From contig OZ251518.1 of NCBI GenBank assembly GCA_965242965.1, forward strand, positions 4,480,001 to 4,544,000: 64,000 nucleotides of DNA. Reading direction: 5' to 3'. The notes under the pieces were generated by a model. The model was not told where the DNA came from. It did not search any database and saw only the letters and a list, made by a program, of their open reading frames with translations. The position numbers and the translations under genes were made by a program. The DNA is from Candidatus Poribacteria bacterium. Its GTDB lineage: Bacteria; Poribacteria; WGA-4E; WGA-3G. Below are positions 58,821 to 64,000 of this stretch, piece after piece (position 1 is the first letter of the stretch; every line of letters starts with the position of its first letter).

Positions 58821-61800
58821 ATGCTGAAGAACTTAAAACATTTTTGGCAAATACATCTCACGGTTGCACTCTGCACCGCGGTAGCGACAGGCGTGCTGAC
58901 AGGCGCGTTGCTCGTCGGCGACTCCGTGCGCGGCAGTCTCAAAGCCTTGACATTGGAACGTCTCGGCCCGATTGAGCACGCGCTTATCGCCGACAGGTTT
59001 TTCTCACCTGCGTTGCTGCGGCGACAAAATATGGTGCCGGCGATTCTGTTGAACGGAGTGGTTGTCGCACCGGAAAAGCAGACGCGCGTCTCAAAGGTAA
59101 ACGTTCTTGGCGTTAACGATGCTTTCTTCCAGTTTTGGGAAGGCGAGACAGTTCCTAGTGCTACGGGGGCCGAGGGGACGAGGCAGATTGTCATTAACGA
59201 GGCATTGCATCGCGAATTGAATGTGCAAGTCGGCGACGCGCTCCTCGTCAATTTCCCGCAGGCGGTGGACATCCATCCGGAGTTTCTCTTCGGGCAACGC
59301 GATGCATCCGAGACTATCCAGAGCCTCCGGCTCACCGTCAGTGAGATTATCCCAACGCAAAATGCAGGCAGATTCAGCCTTTGGCCGCACCAAAGCCTCC
59401 CTTTGAACGCGTTCATTTCTCTCCCGTTCCTACAAAAGGCACTCGGGCAGGAGGGAAAAGTGAACGCCTTATTTACGGCTGAACCGATGCCGATTTCACC
59501 AAGCGAACTCGCATTTACCTTAGATGCACTCGGTTTGAAAATCCGCGAACATGAAACCCACTTTGAACTCCAAAGTGAGCAATACCTGCTCAAACCGTCG
59601 TTATCGGACATCGCACTGTCAGTTGCAACAGAACTGTCTGTTGCAACTGAAAACGGCATCCCTGTGCTACCAACGCTGTCCTACCTCGCGAATACTATCA
59701 CCGCGAACGGCAAAACTATTCCCTATTCTACCATCGTCGCGCTGCCTATTGACGAGGAGGCGTTTGGGGTTACGCTTGCCGAAGACGAAATTATCCTGAA
59801 TACGTGGGCGGCAGATGAACTCGAGGTTGAAATCGGGCACGGGGTTGACATTACCTATTACCGCATCAGCGCGGACGAAGAATACATTACTGAAACGGCG
59901 CATTTCCGTCTGAAGGCAATTACGCCGATTCAGGGGCTCGCCGCAGACCAGGGTATCATTCCCGATTTTCCCGGCATTCACGATACGGCGGATATCTCCG
60001 AATGGGAGTCCCCTTTTCCAATCGATTACTCGCGCATTCGGGCACAGGACGAGGCGTATTGGGACGAATACCGCGCGACACCGAAGGCATTTATCACGCT
60101 TGCCACCGGCAAACGGTTGTGGAAAAACCGATTCGGGGACATCACCTCGCTTCGGATGAAAACTGCGCCCGCGACGCGCACACAATTTGAAACCGCGCTA
60201 CTGGAAAAAATTCAACCGGAACAGGTTGGGTTTCAATTCTTGTCGCTCCGCGCCGATGGACTTCAAGCGGCATCAGGCACGACAGATTTTGGGATGCTGT
60301 TCAGTGGTTTGAGTATCTTGATTATTTTTTCGGTTGCCTACTTGATCGATATGCTCTTTCGCATCGGCGTGGAACAACGCTCGCGTGAAGCCGGGCTCCT
60401 CCGTGCAGTCGGGTATCCACTTGCCAAAATTCGCCTTCGGTTCCTCGCCGAGGCGGGTATCCTTGCCGGTGTCGGCACGCTTATCGGCTGCGTTTTTGCC
60501 ATCGGCTACGCGCAATTGATGCTGTTTGGCCTGAAGAATTGGTGGTTACCCGCCATCGGCACGCCTTTTGTGGAACTCCATGTCCGCGCAGCGAGTCTGC
60601 TCATCGGTATGCTTATCACGTTAGGCGTTGTGCTGTTCTCTATTCAATTCACGATTTTTAGACTGGGGAAGTCTCCCCCCGCTTTGCTGCTTGCAGGCGC
60701 ATCAGATTTTGCGGAGGCAGGCCCGCAACCGAAAACCGCGGCAATGATAGCCAAAGGTAAAAAAGTCACGCGAATCTTCTTCATTTCTACTTTCTGCCTA
60801 ATCATTTTGGCAGTTATCATGGGTGACTATTTTAAGGATTGGGAAATTACCAAACTTTGGGAGGATTGGATAGATAATCCCATTTCCAAATTGCTGGCAT
60901 CCGCTATCGGGACCATCGGTGTAGGGTGGCTCGCGTTTGAGACATGGCTCATCTCGCAAAAGGTGCCGAAACACTTCACGCGCCGCCGATTTGCGTTTAA
61001 AAACGCTGCACGGCACCCCGCCCAAAGCAACGGTTGCGTGATGATGATGAGTTTCGCGTGTTGCATCATCGTCGCGGTGGGGGTGAATCGGCAGGAGGCA
61101 CCGCCACAGACACCCTACGCCTTCGTTGCTGAGGCAGTCCTCCCGCTGCATCACAATCTCAATACCGAAGACGGACGCTTTGAACTCGGTTTTTCTGATA
61201 AAGACTCTCAACTTCTCAGCCAGTCGGAGGTGGTGCCTTTCCGCATGCTGCCCGGCGAAGATGTCAGTTGTCTCAACCTCTACCAACCGCAGAAACCGCA
61301 GATTTTGGGCATTTCGGATGCCTTATTGGACGAAGAGCCGTGGCAAAAGATTCTCCGGCCCGGAGATGCAGTTATTGCCCTCGCCGATGAAAACTCGGTG
61401 CGCTGGGTTTTGCATCTCGAACCGGAAGATAATCTGGTAGTCAAAGACGAATTCGGCAATCCGCTCAGCCTACATCTCCACACGATGCAGAACAGTTTGT
61501 TCCAAAGCCAACTGATTATCTCAGAATCGAATTTCATGAAGTTTTTCCCGAGCCAGAGTGGGTACCGCTATTTTTTAATCAAAACGCCGCCCGAATTGCG
61601 AGAAGCGACAGCACAAGTGCTTGAGAAAACGTTAGGTGACTACGGCTTTGACGTGACATCGGCATCCGCGCGCTTGGCAAGTTATCGGAACGTTGCAAAC
61701 ACCTATATCTCCACGTTTCAGAGTTTAGGCGGGCTCGGTGTTATCCTCGGCACCTTCGGGTTGGCTCTGGTACTGTTCAGAAACGCGCTTGAACGCCGTG

Positions 61801-62081
61801 GCGAATTGGCGACGCTTCGTGCGTTCGGGTTCCGCCGCGCGCTGTTGTCACGGATGTTGTTCCTTGAGAGCACTTTTCTCCTCGCTGTCGGGATGCTCAT
61901 CGGCATCGTCGCCGGGCTCGTCTCGCCACTCGCTGAACGCGGTTCGCTACCGGCATTTCCGTGGGTATCGCTCACAATTACCTTGCTTTCAATTTTCATT
62001 TTTGGTATAATTGCAAATGCAATTGCGGTTGCGGTGGCCCTCCGAAGTCCACTTCTTGCAACCCTCAAAAAGGAACTGTAG
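58821..62081 (+). CDS. ABC transporter permease (FtsX/MacB-like, duplicated)
   Basis: EQRSREAGLLRAVG and ERRGELATLRAFG. Confidence 0.88.
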   Translation: MLKNLKHFWQIHLTVALCTAVATGVLTGALLVGDSVRGSLKALTLERLGPIEHALIADRFFSPALLRRQNMVPAILLNGVVVAPEKQTRVSKVNVLGVNDAFFQFWEGETVPSATGAEGTRQIVINEALHRELNVQVGDALLVNFPQAVDIHPEFLFGQRDASETIQSLRLTVSEIIPTQNAGRFSLWPHQSLPLNAFISLPFLQKALGQEGKVNALFTAEPMPISPSELAFTLDALGLKIREHETHFELQSEQYLLKPSLSDIALSVATELSVATENGIPVLPTLSYLANTITANGKTIPYSTIVALPIDEEAFGVTLAEDEIILNTWAADELEVEIGHGVDITYYRISADEEYITETAHFRLKAITPIQGLAADQGIIPDFPGIHDTADISEWESPFPIDYSRIRAQDEAYWDEYRATPKAFITLATGKRLWKNRFGDITSLRMKTAPATRTQFETALLEKIQPEQVGFQFLSLRADGLQAASGTTDFGMLFSGLSILIIFSVAYLIDMLFRIGVEQRSREAGLLRAVGYPLAKIRLRFLAEAGILAGVGTLIGCVFAIGYAQLMLFGLKNWWLPAIGTPFVELHVRAASLLIGMLITLGVVLFSIQFTIFRLGKSPPALLLAGASDFAEAGPQPKTAAMIAKGKKVTRIFFISTFCLIILAVIMGDYFKDWEITKLWEDWIDNPISKLLASAIGTIGVGWLAFETWLISQKVPKHFTRRRFAFKNAARHPAQSNGCVMMMSFACCIIVAVGVNRQEAPPQTPYAFVAEAVLPLHHNLNTEDGRFELGFSDKDSQLLSQSEVVPFRMLPGEDVSCLNLYQPQKPQILGISDALLDEEPWQKILRPGDAVIALADENSVRWVLHLEPEDNLVVKDEFGNPLSLHLHTMQNSLFQSQLIISESNFMKFFPSQSGYRYFLIKTPPELREATAQVLEKTLGDYGFDVTSASARLASYRNVANTYISTFQSLGGLGVILGTFGLALVLFRNALERRGELATLRAFGFRRALLSRMLFLESTFLLAVGMLIGIVAGLVSPLAERGSLPAFPWVSLTITLLSIFIFGIIANAIAVAVALRSPLLATLKKEL

Positions 62082-62672
62082 GTGGAAAAACCGATGCATC
62101 GACGTTACCGAATACTCGCAATCATCCTCGTGTTTGCAACACTCTTCGGTTGTTCCGAGGATCCGGAGGATACTACGCCAACCGCGCGCTCACACGTGGA
62201 GAAAGGGTGGCGTTTTTATCAGGCAGGCGACTATGCGCAGGCACTGCTCAGTTTTGAGCGCGCCCTCAACTTCAATGAGGAATTTGCCGATGCGCATAAT
62301 GGGGTAGGCTGGAGTCACCTGAGTCTGTCGTTAGCTATCCCCGTCGCGCAGGAGGCATTCCAAAACGCCGTTCGGCTTGATGCCTCCAATGCGGATGCCT
62401 GGGTAGGCCTCGCAAACCTGCTCTATTTGCGGCAGAAGGATACATCTGATTTCAGGGCGGCACTCCGTGCAGTGGATAACGCCATGAACGCCGATGCACA
62501 CTACCTCTATCGCCACGACTATGACTCTCCCGCCGGGCTTCATGCGCTCACGGCGGCGTGTTACTACTACCTCGGCGAGACGCTGAACGCAAGACAAGCG
62601 ATGGAGAAGGCACTCAGCGTTGATTCAGAAAACAGCAGCGCGCGCGCACTTGACGCGCTCCTGCAAAAATAA
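62082..62672 (+). CDS. TPR-repeat lipoprotein
   Basis: Lipobox LFGC; TPR-like helices. Confidence 0.75.
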   Translation: MEKPMHRRYRILAIILVFATLFGCSEDPEDTTPTARSHVEKGWRFYQAGDYAQALLSFERALNFNEEFADAHNGVGWSHLSLSLAIPVAQEAFQNAVRLDASNADAWVGLANLLYLRQKDTSDFRAALRAVDNAMNADAHYLYRHDYDSPAGLHALTAACYYYLGETLNARQAMEKALSVDSENSSARALDALLQK

Positions 62673-62690
62673 TAAAAATAGGAGAAGGAA

Positions 62691-63590
62691 ATGGCTCAAA
62701 ACGTTTTAACGGCAACAGAATTAACTCACTTCACACCCGCGCATCGTGGAAAAGTGCGCGACCTGTATGAACTCGGGGATGAACTCCTCATTATATCTAC
62801 GGACAGGCTTTCGGCGTTCGATGTCGTTTTGCCGAACGGCATCCCCGACAAAGGCAGAGTGCTTACCGGATTGTCCAAATTCTGGTTCGATTACACCGAA
62901 TCTGTCGTCGAAAACCACCTTATCGCAACGGAGGTAGCGGATTACCCGGAGGCACTGCACGTTGACGCGGAAGTCTTAGCCGGGCGTTCCATGCTCGTCC
63001 GGAAAGCGGAACGGATTGACGTTGAGTGCGTCGTGCGCGGCTACCTCGCCGGTTCAGGATGGGCATCGTATCAGAAAACGGGGGAGATTTGCGGACAAAA
63101 ACTCCCCGCAGGCCTTCGAGAATCAGAACGCCTTCCGGAGCTCCTCTTCACACCGACGACGAAGGCGGAGCACGGCGAACACGACGAACCTATCTCTATT
63201 GAACACATGCGCGATGAAATAGGTTCGGAACTCACCGACAGGTTAATCGATGCCAGTTTCGCGCTTTTTAACGCCGCCAGCCAGCACGCCGAAAACACCG
63301 GTATCATCCTCTGTGATACCAAGTTTGAATTCGGACAACTTAACGGCGACTTGATTCTCATTGACGAGGTATTCACGCCGGATTCCTCGCGTTTTTGGCC
63401 TGCCGATTTATATGAACCCGGCAAGCCGCAGCAGAGTTTTGACAAACAGTTTGTCCGGGATTACCTCTCCGAAATCGGCTGGAATAAGCAGCCGCCTGCA
63501 CCGGAACTTCCGCCCGATGTCATCGCTAAAACCAGTGAGAAGTATCGGGAGGCATATCGTCTCATCGTTGGCGAGGAACTTCCTGCATAA
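62691..63590 (+). CDS. purC: SAICAR synthase
   Basis: GKVRDLY, TDRLSAFD, ECVVRGYLAGSG, DTKFEFG, TPDSSRFW, DKQFVRD. Confidence 0.96.
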   Translation: MAQNVLTATELTHFTPAHRGKVRDLYELGDELLIISTDRLSAFDVVLPNGIPDKGRVLTGLSKFWFDYTESVVENHLIATEVADYPEALHVDAEVLAGRSMLVRKAERIDVECVVRGYLAGSGWASYQKTGEICGQKLPAGLRESERLPELLFTPTTKAEHGEHDEPISIEHMRDEIGSELTDRLIDASFALFNAASQHAENTGIILCDTKFEFGQLNGDLILIDEVFTPDSSRFWPADLYEPGKPQQSFDKQFVRDYLSEIGWNKQPPAPELPPDVIAKTSEKYREAYRLIVGEELPA

Positions 63591-64000
63591 TGGCTACCCC
63601 ACTTGACGGAATCAAGGTGCTCGATCTCACCCGTGTCCTCGCCGGCCCGTATGCGACGATGCTTCTCTGCGACTTGGGAGCCGAGGTAATTAAAATTGAA
63701 CAGCCGGGAACCGGAGACGAATCTCGGAACTTCGGTCCGTTCAAAAACGGGTTTAGCCTCTATTTCATGAGTGTGAACCGTGGGAAGCGAAGCATCACGC
63801 TCAATCTGAAGACGCAGCGCGGGCGCGAGATATTCATGCAGCTCCTCAAGCAGTGCGATGTTGTGGTGGAGAATTTCCGTCCGGGGACGATGCAGAAACT
63901 CGGTTTGGATTACGACACGCTCAAAACGTCGCATCCATCGCTCATTTATGCGGCGTGCTCCGGGTTTGGCCAAACCGGTCCGCACGCACAGCAGGGTGCC
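63590..64000 (+). CDS. CaiB/BaiF family III CoA transferase, runs off the window
   Basis: MATPLDGIKVLDLTRVLAGP..DLGAEVIKIE..NRGKRS..ENFRPG. Confidence 0.9.
   Translation, partial: MATPLDGIKVLDLTRVLAGPYATMLLCDLGAEVIKIEQPGTGDESRNFGPFKNGFSLYFMSVNRGKRSITLNLKTQRGREIFMQLLKQCDVVVENFRPGTMQKLGLDYDTLKTSHPSLIYAACSGFGQTGPHAQQGA

Noticed and set aside
1-64000. Autonomous transposase/RAYT, tRNA or rRNA genes
   Set aside because: No HUH or DDE motif ORF and no tRNA or rRNA signatures were recognized; any mobilizing enzymes must lie elsewhere.

Overview
Bacterial chromosomal window, most consistent with Candidatus Poribacteria. The inference rests on five PhyH-family dioxygenases, three Gfo/Idh/MocA oxidoreductases, a sulfatase-like gene, a cohesin/dockerin-like protein, and a lamin-tail surface protein ending in an 'LTTFGEVK'-type tail. 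It holds about 37 CDS: type III R-M methylase, transporters, carbohydrate/amine catabolism, MoxR and vWA/DUF4159 genes, a PIN toxin, GH3, disA, purC and others. No rRNA, tRNA, CRISPR array or transposase was seen. Most intergenic gaps are filled with short repeats: several GTAG-tagged REP-like palindrome families, a TIR-bounded MITE-like shell (GAGGGTGTTTCATA), an AGGTCC..GGACCT element and GAGCAGGATTTACAAGATT arrays, often nested. These repeats reach into genes: they are translated in frame inside three large proteins, supply the TAG stop of at least six genes and the start codon of one. Two candidate cis-regulatory systems stand out. One is a ~530-nt leader (leader peptide, C8 tract, two terminator-like hairpins) upstream of a 1356-aa surface protein. 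The other is a pseudoknotted 5'UTR upstream of a small hypothetical gene. All product calls are from motif recognition only; no database searches were run.
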